From NCBI RefSeq assembly GCF_030144855.1, contig NC_082710.1:153264001-153328000 (forward strand): a stretch of 64,000 bases of DNA. Direction: 5' to 3'. Position numbers and translations under genes: made by a program. The notes beneath the pieces are model-generated. The model saw only the letters and a list, made by a program, of their open reading frames with translations. It was not told the DNA's origin and did not search any database. Origin of the DNA: Hypanus sabinus. Lineage: Eukaryota. The first letter of the stretch is position 1. Each line of letters starts with the position of its first letter. Below are positions 1-11,609 of this stretch, piece by piece.

Positions 1-330
1 TATTTATTGGCCCTTCATTATTGCCCTGTTGAAGGTGACAATGAACCATCTTCTTCGATCTGTTGGAGTCCTTCTGGTGACAGTTCTACAATAATAAGCC
101 ACTGGAGTGGGGTACCGTATGCCAGGACTTACATCCAATGAACATGCAGGAGTGGCAATATATTTCCAACTCTGGATGGTGGGAGGAACCTGCAGGTAGT
201 AGTGTTCCCATGCCAATTATGCTTTTGACCCTCCTGGTGGTGGTCATAAGTTTTTGGTGAGGGACTGTGATGGATTTCATAGATGGTACAAACTGCAGCT
301 ACCATCCACTCATGAATAAGGAGTGAATGT
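1..330 (-). mobile_element. Rex1/Babar-type LINE, degenerate 3' fragment
   Basis: Minus strand resembles the decayed C-terminal part of the same LINE seen at 5391-5800 and 11000-11295; boundaries approximate. Confidence 0.55.
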
Positions 331-424
331 TCAGGGTGGTGGATTTGACATCCAGCAAAATGAAGAGTACACGCTAGCACCCATGGCATGTGTAATCTGA
401 CTGGATTCATTGTCCTAGCAGCAG

Positions 425-1010
425 CGAGGCCCAGGGGAGACCTGATACAAAACTGGTACACAAATAATACAGATCGTAGGAAACCAAAGGGCTGAGGTAT
501 AAGGAAAAGGTAAGACTGGATTTGGGGAACTCAATTTTTATCCAGAGGGTGGTTGGATTCTGTAACAAACAGTCAGAGAGGGTGGTGGACCAGAGACTCT
601 CACAACACTGAAGCATCTGAGTGAGCACTTAAATCACTAATGCACAGAAGCTGTAGATGAAACGCTAGTAAATGGAGTTACTATGGAAAGGTATTCAATA
701 GTCAACATGTATATGGTGAACTGAAGGCAATTTCTGCGCTATGTAATTCTGGAAGCTGTTAAGGGAGATGGTTTAGAGTCATAGAGCACTACAGCACAGA
801 AACAGGCCATTTGGCCCATCCAGTATATGCCAGCCTGGTCTTTTGCCTAGGACCATCTAACAGCATCCTGACCATAACCACCTGTACCTCTCATCGATAT
901 ACAGTACCAATCCAAACTTCTCTTTAATGTTACAATCAAAATTGCATATACCACTTCTGCCATCAGCTTGTTCCACACCCACAGCACTCTCTAAGTGAAG
1001 AAGTTCCTCC
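425..1010. mobile_element. Two CR1 LINE 3' fragments (425-760 +, 775-1010 -)
   Basis: Degenerate RGDLIQ..KIIxG / FFxQRVVG-type coding remnant, then the reverse complement of a CR1 3' tail (catagagcactacagcacagaaacaggcc). Confidence 0.55.
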
Positions 1011-1184
1011 ACTGATTATTGTCAGAGATGATTCTTTCTTGATGCAATCAGCCATTTCCCACAGCTTCATACCATGAACACTAGAGCAGCACAATGATTC
1101 AGTGCTTGATACTTGCACTGCTCTTCTTGCTGAATCATTGTGCCATTATAAAGTTGCACCATAGCAGGCATCGTATTCAGACAC

Positions 1185-2148
1185 AACCAAGGGAAAATCT
1201 GCAGATGCTGTTGGAACTCAGTAGGCCAGGCCGCAGCTACGGAAAAGAGTGCAGTCAAAGTTTCGAGCAGAGATCCTTCAGCAGGACTGGCAAGAAAAAT
1301 CTGAGGAGTTTATTTAAAAGGTGGGGGGAGGACAGAGAGAAACACAAGGTGATGGGTGAAACCTGAAAAGGGAGGGATGAAGTTAGGAGCTGGGAAGTTA
1401 ATTGGTAAAAGAGATAGAAGGCCACAGAGAAACAAAGAAGGGGAGGAGCTCCCGAGTGAGGCAATGGGTGGGCAAGGAGGTAAGGTGAGGAAGGGAAAAG
1501 GGGGTGGGGACTGGTGAAGGAGGGGGCAGGCATTACTGGAAGGTCGAGAATTCCTGTATATTGTAACCTGACATAGATTGGGAGACCGCTTCACTGAGCA
1601 CCTGTGCTCTGTCCTCCACAAAAGCAGGACCTCCCCAGTGGCCACCCATTTTAATTCCACTTCCCATTCCCATAATTCATGATTAGGCCACACTTAGGTT
1701 GGAAGAACAGCACCTTAAGTTCCATCTGCACGGCCTCCAACCTGATGGCATGAACATCGATTTCTCGAACTTCCATAAAAAAAGATTGAAAATGAAATAC
1801 TTTCTCGAACTTCCAGTACTGCCCTGCCTTCAATATTCCCCATCCCCTTTCTCTTTTCTGTCTCTCACCTTATCTCCTTGCCCACCCATCACCTCCCTCT
1901 GCTGCCCCCCCCACCTTTTCTTTCTTCCATGGCCTTCTGTCCTTTTTTATCCTACTTCCACCTCCCCCAACCCTTTATCTCTTTTACCTATCACCTTGTG
2001 TTTCTCTCTCCTCTCATCCCACCTTTTAAATCTTATCCTCAGCATTTTCACTCTAGTCCTGCTGAAGTGCCTCAGCCCAAAACATTGACTGTGCTCTTTT
2101 CCGTAGATGCTGCCTGGCCTGCTGAGTTCCTCCAGCATTTTGTGTGTG
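1185..2148 (+). mobile_element. Penelope-like element remnant: GIY-YIG endonuclease C-terminus flanked by inverted terminal (pLTR) copies
   Basis: 1564-1775 translates as HRLGDRFTEHL..PVATHFNSTSHSH and EEQHLKFHLHGLQPDGMNIDFSNF; 1190-1545 is an imperfect reverse complement of 1810-2148. Confidence 0.8.
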
Positions 2149-2149
2149 A

Positions 2150-2640
2150 TCACAGATTGCAACCACTCTGCCAAAGACCACAAGAGTCATTACACTATTA
2201 ATGGCAAGACTCCTAGCAGTGTTGATGTACAGAGGGAGCTTGGGTTCCATGTCTATAGCTCCCGGAAAGGGGTAACACAGGTTGATATGTTGGTAAAGAA
2301 AGCGTATTCATGCTTGCCTTCATTAGTGGAATTTCTGAGGTCAAGTGTCAGGAAGTTATGTTGCAGCTTTATAAAACTCTGGTTATTTGGAATATTTCAT
2401 TCAGTTCTGGCTGCCCCATTACAAGAAGGATGAGAATGCTTTGGAGCAAGTGCAGTGGAGGTTCACCAAGATGCTGATTGTATCCGCGGGCATCTGTTGT
2501 ACAGAGAGTTTGATCAAACTTGTGCTGTTTTATTCTCTGCAGTTGCAGAGGCTGTGGTGTGTCCATAACTATAAAAAAAATGTCCAGGTATGACTTATGG
2601 AAGACTATTAGAAGGGCAAAAAAAACCCAACTTTCATTGA
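2150..2640 (+). mobile_element. CR1 LINE RT-region fragment
   Basis: ORF 2387-2593 EYFIQFWLPHYKKDENALEQVQWRFTKML matches the CR1 LEYCVQFWSP..LERVQRRFTRM pattern. Confidence 0.75.
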
Positions 2641-2779
2641 GGTTAGAGATGCAATTGGATGCACTTCAGCCTGATAGAGCTTGCAGGCCATTGCTTAAAA
2701 AGTGAAACCTAATATCATGTATGACTGTGCATTCCACTCCCAGATCAGCTCAATGCCTTTATTCATGCTTTCAATGGGA

Positions 2780-4460
2780 GAATAAAACTACACCTGTGTG
2801 GATCCCTGCAGCATCTGATGACCCTGTCATCTCTGTCTTGGAAATCTTTCAAGAGGGTGAACTCTCACAAGGCATCAGACCCCAGTGGTGTACCTGGTAG
2901 AGCTCTGAAAACTTGTGCCAACTAGCTGGTGAGAGTATTCAAAGACATTTTCAATCTCTCATTACTGCAGGCAGAGGTTCACACCGGCTTCAAAAGGGTG
3001 ACAATCATACCAGTGCTCAAGAACAGCAGGGTAAGCTGCCTCAAAAGCTATCATCCAGTGGCACTCACATCTACTGTGATAAAGTGCTTTGAGGGTTTGG
3101 TCATGGCTAGAATCAACTGCTGCCTTTGCAAGGACCTGGACCTGCTGCAATAGGTCTACAGTGATGCAATCTCACCGGCTCTCTGCTCGGACTTGACTAC
3201 AGTTTAGTATTCAACAGAATCATACCCTCAGTTCTAACCAACAAGTTCCAAAACCTGGGCCTCTGTACCTCCTTCTGCATCTGTATCCTTGAGTTCCTAT
3301 GAGGATCAGAAGTAGCATTTCACCCATGATTGTGTGCTCAGGCACAGCTCAAACCCATCTATAAATCTGCAGACAGCACAAATATTGTTGGAAGGATTTC
3401 AGCTGGTGACAAGGAGTGAGACAGATCAGTTGGTAGAGTGGAGTCACAGTAACAAACTTGCACTCAAAGGTACTAAGACCAAGGAACTAAATGTGAACTT
3501 CCGGAGGGGTAACAGAGGGAACAAACACCAGTCCTCTGTGAGGGATCAGAAGTGGAAAGGGCAAGCAGTGTCAAGTTCCTGTGTGTCAACATCTCTGAGG
3601 ATCTATCCTATGCCTAAAATATTGATGCAATTACAAAGGCACGACAGTGGCTATATTTCATTAGGAGTTTGAGGAGAATCAGAATCGGAATCAGGTTTAA
3701 TATCGCTGGCATATGTCGTGAAATTGGTTAACTTTGCCACAGAGTACAATACATATATATATATATATATATATAAATTAAATAAGTAGTGCAAAAAGAA
3801 AAGTGGTGAAATAGTGTTCATGGATTCAATATCCATTCAGAAATTGGATGGGAAGAAACTGTTCCTGAATCACTGAGTGTGTGCCCTCAGACTTCTGTAC
3901 AATAAGAAGAGGACATGTCCTGCGTGATGGGGGTCCTTAATGATAGCACTGGTATGTCACCAAAGACACTCACAAATTTCTACAGATGTATCTCGGAGAG
4001 CATTCTAACCTGTTGCCTCATCATCTGGTATGGCGGCTCCACTGCGCAGGATCGATAAAAGCTGCAGAAAGTTGCAAACTCAGCCTGCTCCATTGTGGTC
4101 AGTAGACTCCCCTGCATCCAGAATACCTTCAAAAGTGATGACTCAAGAAGGCTACATCCATCATTATCCCATCACATGCCTTCTCTCATGGCTACCATCA
4201 AGGATGAGGTACAGGAGCCTGAAGGCACACACTGAATGTTTCCAGAACAGCTTCTCCTCTGCCATCAGATTTCTGAATGGACAATGAGTCCACAAACACT
4301 ACCACAGTCATTTTTCCCTAACTTTTTCCACTACTAATCTTATATTTATACACTTATTATTGTGATTTATAGTTTTATTATTATGTATTGCTGCTGCAAA
4401 ACTACAAATTTCATGACATATGCCAGTGATATTAAACTTGTTTCTGATAAAATTATGAGG
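2780..4460 (+). mobile_element. Rex1/Babar-type LINE fragment with a nested antisense LINE 3' end (about 3675-3945)
   Basis: ORF 2929-3153 VFKDIFNLSLLQAEV..YHPVALTS..KCFE; tail ..aaacttgtttctga; the nested piece splits ttgaggaga / ggtatgtcacc. Confidence 0.75.
3753..3775. repeat. (AT)n microsatellite
   Basis: Direct reading of the sequence. Confidence 0.95.
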
Positions 4461-4999
4461 GGCATAGATACAGGAAGCACCCAGTATCTTTATTGCTAAA
4501 ATGTCTAATACTAGAGGGCATACATTTAAGCTGGGAGTGAGGGTAAATTCAAAGGAGATGTGCAAGGCAAGTTTATTCAGACAGTAGGGATGAATTTAGT
4601 AAAGCTCTTAATTACCAATTTAATTACTTCACAACATTGTAGGCCAAAGGATCTATTCCCGTAATGTTCTAAATTGCAGGGAGCTGAGGACACAGCATAG
4701 TCCATCACTCTGTTTAAATTTCCCCCTACCTCAGGAAAGCAGACAACATACCCCTTGCACCCAGATCATTTTTTGGTTCTCCCCACTCCTACTGGGAGAA
4801 GATTCAAAACTTGAAAACAGGAACCAGCTGCTTTAAGGACTGCTTTGGTCCAGCTGTCAGAAAGCTCTTGAATAGACCTGTAGTTTAATACATTTGAACC
4901 ATCGACCTTACAGCCTACATTGTTATGGCACTTGCACCTTATTCTCTGAAAATATTATACAATAATCTGCATTATTTTATTCCTCTTCTCTTTGTTCTA

Positions 5000-5990
5000 C
5001 TCTGATTTACTTATGTTTTGAAATTATCTACAATAACAACACACATAACAAAGTTTCCCACCGCATCTTGGTACAGCTCCAATATCATATACAAGTTCAC
5101 TAAGGATACCACTGTTGTGGGCAGTATCAAAGCTGGTGATGAACCTGATACAGTGGGGAGATTGAAAATTTGGCTGAGTGGTGTAATAACTGAACCTCTC
5201 ACTCAATGTCAATAATTCCAAGGCACTGATTGTGGACTTCAGGAGAGGGAAACCCCAGGTTCATGAGCCAGCAATCATGGAGGACCAGAGGTGAAGACGG
5301 TCAGTAACTTTAAATTCCTGTGAATCACTATATCAGGGGACCTGTCCTGGACCCATCATTGAAATATTATTGTAAAGAAAGCACTTCCTCATGAATCTGC
5401 GGAGATTCAGCATGTCATCAAAAACCTTGGCAAACTTCTATAGATGTGTGGTGGAAAGTGTGCAGACTGGCTGCATTATGATCTGGTGTGGGAACACCAA
5501 TGCCTTTCAGCTGAAGATCTACAAAAGGTGGATTCAGCAAGTAAAACCCACCCAACCATTAAGCACATCTACATGAAACATTGCCATACAAAAGCTGCAT
5601 CTATCAACATCATCCTCACCACCCAGGCCATGCTCTTTTCTTGCTGCTGCCATCAAGTAGAAGGTATAAGTGCCTCAGGACTCTCACCACCCAGTTCAAG
5701 AACAGTTACCACCATTACCTCAATCATCAGGCTCTTGAAAAGGGGCCATTCTACACCCATTCTATCTCTGGTGTTCCCACAACAGACTATCTCACTTTAA
5801 AGACTCTTAAACTTGTTATTTCATGCTTGTTATTCATTGCTATCTATTTATGTTTGTACTTGCACAGTTTGTTGTTCATTGATCCCATTTACAGTTACAG
5901 TTTTATAGATTTGCTGCAGGAAAGTAATCTCCCGGTTGTATGTGGTGCTATGTATGTACTCTGATAATAAATTTTACTTTGAACTTTGAA
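5000..5990 (+). mobile_element. Rex1/Babar-type LINE 3' fragment
   Basis: IYKFTKDTTVVG (degenerate FADDT), LANFYRCVVES..CIMIWCG; (actttga)n tail at about 5975-5990. Confidence 0.75.
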
Positions 5991-6218
5991 TATCTGACAA
6001 TCATTTTTAGAGGCCTGCAGACGAGAAGGACTTAGAAGGAAGCAGAAAAATTATCAGGGGGTTGAGACATTAGATCTGGGACAGAATCAAGGACTTAAAG
6101 TGGATTAGGCTGAACAAACACGGAAGGTCAGCGTTGAACCTGGGCCGATTTAAAGAGCAATGTCACCATTTGCAGCACCCCCACGTCCTTCAAGCCACAG
6201 CTTTTTTTTTTAAAATAC

Positions 6219-6451
6219 TTGTGCCCTGAGGCAAATCGACTGCAGTGATCCAAACACGGAGTTCCATAAAGTTGTGGAGCTAGAGGGGGGATAACGGGGT
6301 TGATTCCACCCTTCCGGGAAAGAGCAGAGACACGGACAATCCTCGACAACAGGGGGCATAACAAGCACACTGTGTGCTGCATGTTTGATGGGCCATGACA
6401 CAACGACAATGGAACTCAGCCTTTCTGGAGGAGCGCAGATCACACCTATTC
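6219..6451 (-). CDS. Candidate exon 2 of the minus-strand gene (reading frame unresolved)
   Basis: Acceptor AG before 6451 or 6445; one frame gives MQHTVCLLCPLLSRIVRVSALSRK..SRFASGH (presequence-like, ATG 6382) ending at a weak donor AA|GTATTT (6219). Confidence 0.3.
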
Positions 6452-6678
6452 CTATTTAAAACGAATCACTGTAACGTCTGCTCCCCGTTTACGACCTCCC
6501 CGGTTCTGTAAGTATGCGCCCTATTGTTAGGAAAGTTAAAGAGGGATCCTTCACTGGAGTCTTTTTTCGGGCAAGAATTAAATATCACCCTTTTCAAACC
6601 CTAATCATAGTCTAAGATTATCAACGAAGTGTTTCCCGGGACAGCAATGGAGGCAAAGATGATAAAACCGCCACTTAC

Positions 6679-6960
6679 CTGGGCAAACCGAACGAATAGA
6701 AAGACACAGGGCGCACAGTATCAGCAACATCCCCCAAACTTAATGCCCGGGCGGGACACAGAATAAAATTGTATAAAAATTAAAATGAAAACCGACAAAT
6801 TTATCCACATCGCCCTACTGCTTCATTTCCGGGTTCTCGGTCCAAAGCTTGTTTTAAAAAAAACAAAGCGTTTCCTATACAAACAGCCAATTAGAGGCTT
6901 AAGGAGATCTGATCACCAGTTACCAGGCAGTCTTGACGCGCACAGTTTGAGAAACAGAAA
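6679..6960 (-). promoter_or_regulatory. CpG-rich promoter and candidate first exon of a minus-strand gene
   Basis: Consensus donor CAG|GTAAGT after 6679; ETS-like CCGGAAAT at 6825-6832; CCAAT near 6887; CpG enrichment relative to flanks. Confidence 0.55.
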
Positions 6961-7409
6961 CTAACAGAAAGGCGCGGCAACATATTGTTGGATTAGAAGG
7001 TACTGGCTATAAGAAGTTAGAATCCAGTTTTTTTTTGTCTCGGGCCTCGGATGTTGAGGGGCAGCCTGATAGAAGTGTATGAAATTATGCGAGGGATTAT
7101 ACAATACACATAGACCTTTTGCCAAGACCTATGATTGTTTTTGAACTTTATTAACGTTTAGTAATATGCTGACAGCGCTTGGAAGATGGTTCAGGATTAA
7201 GGTACAACTGCCCAGGGTTTTAATGAGTCTATATGATACAATTTTCCTCGATGTTCTGTACTGAATTAATTAGCTGCACCACTAATAAAGGGGCGAGGCT
7301 GTTCGAAAGTAGGGTTTGTGATTTAATTTTTTTACTCTGTTCTCTTCCCCGCTGATATATCACAAATAAATGCAGGGAATCCCAGCTATTTTCTCAACTC
7401 ATTTTTGTC

Positions 7410-7740
7410 CTTTAAGACACAAAATGCTGGCAGAACTCCGCAGGCCAGACAGCATATGTGGGAGGAGGTAGTGACGACGTTTCGGGCCGAAACTCTTCAT
7501 CAGGAGTGAAGTAACATGGGATGGTCGAAGGGGGATAAGAAGTGGGGGGAGGGATGAAGTAGAGATCTGGGTAGTGATAGGCTGGAGGGAAATTGGCTAG
7601 GGGGAAGGTGGAGAATTATGGGAAATAAAAGAGAAAGAAAGGTAGGGCTGGGGAAGAGAGAAAGAAAACCAGACTAAAATTATAGATAGGGATGGGGTAA
7701 GGGGGGGGGGGGGGCAGGGGTATCAACGGAGGTCTGTGAG
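7410..7740 (-). mobile_element. Penelope-derived terminal repeat with degenerate hammerhead core
   Basis: Minus strand CTGATGAAGAGTTTCGGCCCGAAACGTC at 7503-7476; same family as 1810-2148. Confidence 0.7.
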
Positions 7741-8420
7741 GTAGGCTATTTACAACCAAATTCATGGAATGGTGAACGTATGGAATTATCTGTCACAGTT
7801 GGCAATGATGAGTAATGCTGAATATACTTCAGTCATAGAGAATCAAACTGATCTTTTTCACACTGACTTTCAACCAATTACGTTTGCGGATGATATCAAA
7901 TGTAGTGTACAGTGAAGAGGATTATCTAAGATTACAATAGATCCAGATCAATTCACACAGAGAGTGATGGGAGCGTGGAATACACAGCCAGTGAAGGTGA
8001 CGATAAAGTAAGGCAGGACTTACACATTAAATGCTGATGCTTGGAGAATGAAGAAGGTAAAGTCCAGGGGTACAGGTATGTTGTTATCTAAAAGTGCAGA
8101 CACAGGTAGTCAGGTGTTGTAGTTTGCTTTATCAGTCAGGGCACTGAGTACAGGAGCTCGGGTGCCATGTTACAACTGAATAAGTTATCGGTGAGACCTC
8201 ACTTGGAGTACAGTGTGCATTTCTGGTTGCCTAGCTGGAAACGGTACAGTAAAGATTCACAAGGATGTTGCCGGGAATGGAGGGCTTGCGTTATAAGGAG
8301 ATGCAGGATAGGCTAAGACGTTTTCCACTGGAGCGTAGGAGGCTGAGGGATGAGCTTATATAAAATCACCAAGTCGGACAAATGCAGCATAACGTCCTTT
8401 ACCCAGTGTGCGGACTGATG
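7740..8420 (+). mobile_element. CR1 LINE fragments
   Basis: Degenerate FADDIK, LVRPHLEYSVHFW, RFTRMLPGM-type remnants. Confidence 0.6.
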
Positions 8421-8820
8421 AAGGCCAATATGTCAAAACGTTATTCGACTCTTTTATCTACCAAAGACGGCACTTTCAGAGAAATATGTACCCGCTCACC
8501 TCAGTCCCTTTGTTCTACAAAGCTACGATGCACTATAAAGTTCTAACTTTGTTTAACTTCAGTAAGTGCAGCATTTCGCACTCGTGTAACTCAAAATGCT
8601 TGGCAACACATTGAAACTCACAGCTGCAATGGAAATGAATAAACAGTCCTAATGAAAGGTTTCGGCTCGAACGGCAAATGCTCATTCAATTCCATTGATG
8701 CTGCCTGAACCGCCAAGATTCTCCAGCGTTTCGTATGTGTTGCTGCTAAATTGAACAAAAGCTGGTCATATCAGCGTTTGATTAGTTGGTCGTTGCGATT
8801 ACATAATAACCAGTGCCGCT

Positions 8821-8846
8821 GATTGGTTAAGATATCTGCCAATCAG
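8821..8846 (-). promoter_or_regulatory. PBX/PKNOX-type decamer plus CCAAT composite element
   Basis: Minus strand TGATTGGCAG-N9-CCAATC; same architecture recurs at 17314-17339. Confidence 0.5.
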
Positions 8847-10472
8847 GTGACCCCCTTCCTCTAGCGGGGTCTCAGCCCGAAACGTCCACTGTTTATTTCC
8901 ATGGACGCTACCTGACCTGTTGAGTTTTGTGTGTATTGCTTTCGATTTCCAGCATCTGCTGCAGAATTTCTCATGTTTAAGATTCAGTTCTTTCCTGTGT
9001 CTGGAAACAAAGTGAGCGTGAAAGGGTTCAGTGGAAAGTTTCTGCTGCTTTTTTTTTAAATAGTAAAACACCCAGCAATGTCCAGGAGAATAGGGAGGCA
9101 CTGGAAACGCGCTTCGGGTTCTGTGAAAACATCCAGACTGCCTACTTTGAGATTTGTGCTAAACTCTCAAGCTGATACTGTAAGTTTATTGAAGCTGGGC
9201 TGAGTTTTGCGGGCTAACTTGTAAAATTAATATACCACGTGATGACCCAAGAAATGCAGATTCCCAGATGATTCTTCTCAGTTTCTTCGCTGTGGTGAAA
9301 ACTAATTTCTCGTGGGAAATATTTTTCTCTAGGAAGCCTCTCCCTCTGGAAAGGATGCATACAAGTCCCTGGGTGTTTACCCTGCGATTCCTTATGGTGA
9401 AACGTTGAAGACAGCTCCACATTCTCAGGCAAAAAAAACACTACTGGAGGAACGCAGCAGGGTTGAGCAGAGTCCGTGGGGGGAAAGACCCCTTGCGTCA
9501 GGATGAAGAGGGGATAAGGATGATAGCGGGTACAAAGGGGAGAAGGGTAAGGGAGAGAAAGAGACCAGGGAGGTATATCGAGGAGGATTGAAAAATCAGA
9601 ATCAAGTTTAATTATCACCTACTTGTCGTGGATTTTTTTCCCGGCAGCAGAACATTGCAAAACGTAACTATAATTTACAATAAGTATATATAAAATAAAG
9701 TAAATAAGTTGGGGGTATTAGAGGGGACGACACTGAGCAAATGCCCATGTCCATGCCCATGCCATCGTCCTTTAAGAAATCTGATGGCGAAGGGCAAAAA
9801 GCCATCCCAAAGCTTTGAGTGTCTCTTCAGGCTCTTGTACCTCCTCCCTGATGGTAGCAATGAGAAGAGGGCATGGTCTAGTTGATGGGCGTCCTTAATA
9901 ATCGATGCCGCCTTTTGCATTTATTAATATTTTTCAGGAATTTGTTACCCGGGCTTTTGTGTTTGGCGCCAGGACGTGTTGTAGCTGAAATATCCCGCAA
10001 TGAACTTTTCGGGATACATTCACCATGGTGATCGAGTGGGACGCAAGTTTTCCTGAACGCAACGCGACAATCCTGTGTGGACAGTGATGCGAGGTAATAT
10101 GCACGGTAAAGACCTTGTCGCTGTTGAGTACAGGACGTCAGTCTCACGACACACGGGAAAGCTGTTTGAATGAGGCTGGTTTGGTCGCTCTATAACATAA
10201 GACAGCGCTGGATTGTGCAGAGTCTGAATTTCTAGCAGGTGCCGCCGGAAGGCAAAATTAATTGTGCAAGGCATTCACCGAAACCACGGATTTGATGGGG
10301 AAAGTTTCATGCAGCGTTTGAAATCGGGCCGAATGGCCTGCATTGCGCTGTAGATTTTCTATGTTTCTGTTTGCAGGGTTCATGAATCCGCCTATCAGCT
10401 CTCTGGGTGGTGAGGTGTGCTTGTGTTGGTCGAATCGTCAGGAGTTGGTGATCTTTGGAGAAGGCAAAAGCT

Positions 10473-10486
10473 GTTGCTATAGCAAC
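10473..10486. promoter_or_regulatory. RFX X-box (14-bp palindrome)
   Basis: GTTGCTATAGCAAC is a perfect palindrome matching GTTGCYATRGCAAC, within a CpG-rich island at about 9950-10610. Confidence 0.55.
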
Positions 10487-10659
10487 GTGTCCACCGTTGC
10501 TGTAGAAAGAAAATCTACATCCTGACATGCAATGACCCCAGTCTGCAAGACAGTGAAAGAGAAAACATCTGAAGCTCGCGATTATGGTAATTAAGTTGCA
10601 GTTGGACTCGCAAAGTCAGATGTCCATGCCGAGCAAGTTCCCGCCTATAATGAAAAACA

Positions 10660-11500
10660 AATCGTTCATTTCCCCAGGCAGATTCTGATTGACCTGCTGA
10701 GTTGTTGGTAGAAATTCAAGTGGTGACGAGAGGGCGTACAGGAGTGAGATATGCCAACTACTGAAATGGTACCGCAGCAACAACCTGGCACTCAACATCT
10801 TTAAGACGAAAGAGCTGATTGTGGATTTCAGGAAGGGTAAGACGAAGGAACACATGCCAATCCTCATAGAGGGATCAGAAGTAGAGAGAGTGAGCAGCTT
10901 CAGGTGCCTGGGTGTCATGATCTCTGAGATCTAACCTGGTCCCAACATATAGATGTAGTCATAAAGAAGGCAAGACAGCGGCTGTACTTCATTAGGAGTT
11001 TGAAGAGATTTGGCGTGTCAACAAATATGCTCAAAATCTTCTGTACTTGTACCGTGGAGAACATTCTGACAGGCTGCATCACTGTCTGTTATGGAAGGTC
11101 TACTGCATCTTGGGTCTACACAGTACCCAGGACATCTTCAGAAAGCAGTGTCTCAGAAAGGCAGTGTCCATTATTAAAGACCTCCAGCACCCAGGGCATG
11201 CCCTTTTCTCACTGTTACCATCAGGTAAGAGGTACAGAAGCCTGAAGGCACTCTCTCAGCGATTCAGGAACAGTTTCATACCTTCTGCCATCTGATTCTT
11301 AAATGGACTTTGAAGCTTTGGACACTACTTCACTTTTTTAATATACAGTATTTCTGTTTTTGCACATTTTTAATAATCTATTCAATATACGTAATTGATT
11401 TACTTGTTTATTTTTATATTTTTTTCTCTCTGCTAGATTATGTATTGCATTGAATTGCTGCTAAGTTAACACATGATAATAAACCAGATTCTGATAATGA
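10660..11500 (+). mobile_element. Rex1/Babar-type LINE 3' fragment
   Basis: ORFs 11000-11245 and 11047-11295 (CTCTVENILTGCITVCYG; LLPSGKRYRSLK..FRNSFIPSAI). Confidence 0.8.
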
Positions 11501-11609
11501 TTAATTTATCCAGCAGTTTGCTTTTCTCTTCAGATTTCAATCCTCATGTGACAGAGGGATTGAAGGGATGAAACCCTGGTGTGTGTTAAAGGGAGTGCAC
11601 AAGATATGC

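Noticed and set aside
1095-1110. Iron-responsive element (CAGTGC loop)
   Set aside because: The flanking 5-mers (TGATT / TTGAT) do not pair and there is no bulged C at the required position
6219-6382. Assignment to TACO1 because of the ASGH(N) ending
   Set aside because: The diagnostic KWSK..HIK sequence is not present in the window, and four residues are insufficient evidence
9239-9340. C/D box snoRNA (GTGATGA)
   Set aside because: No CTGA D box or terminal stem within about 100 nt
11000-11295. Host gene from YRCT.ESILTGCIT.WYG-type ORFs (also 5391, 12871, 37594)
   Set aside because: Multi-copy, frameshifted C-terminal remnants of a Rex1/Babar-type LINE followed by LINE tails
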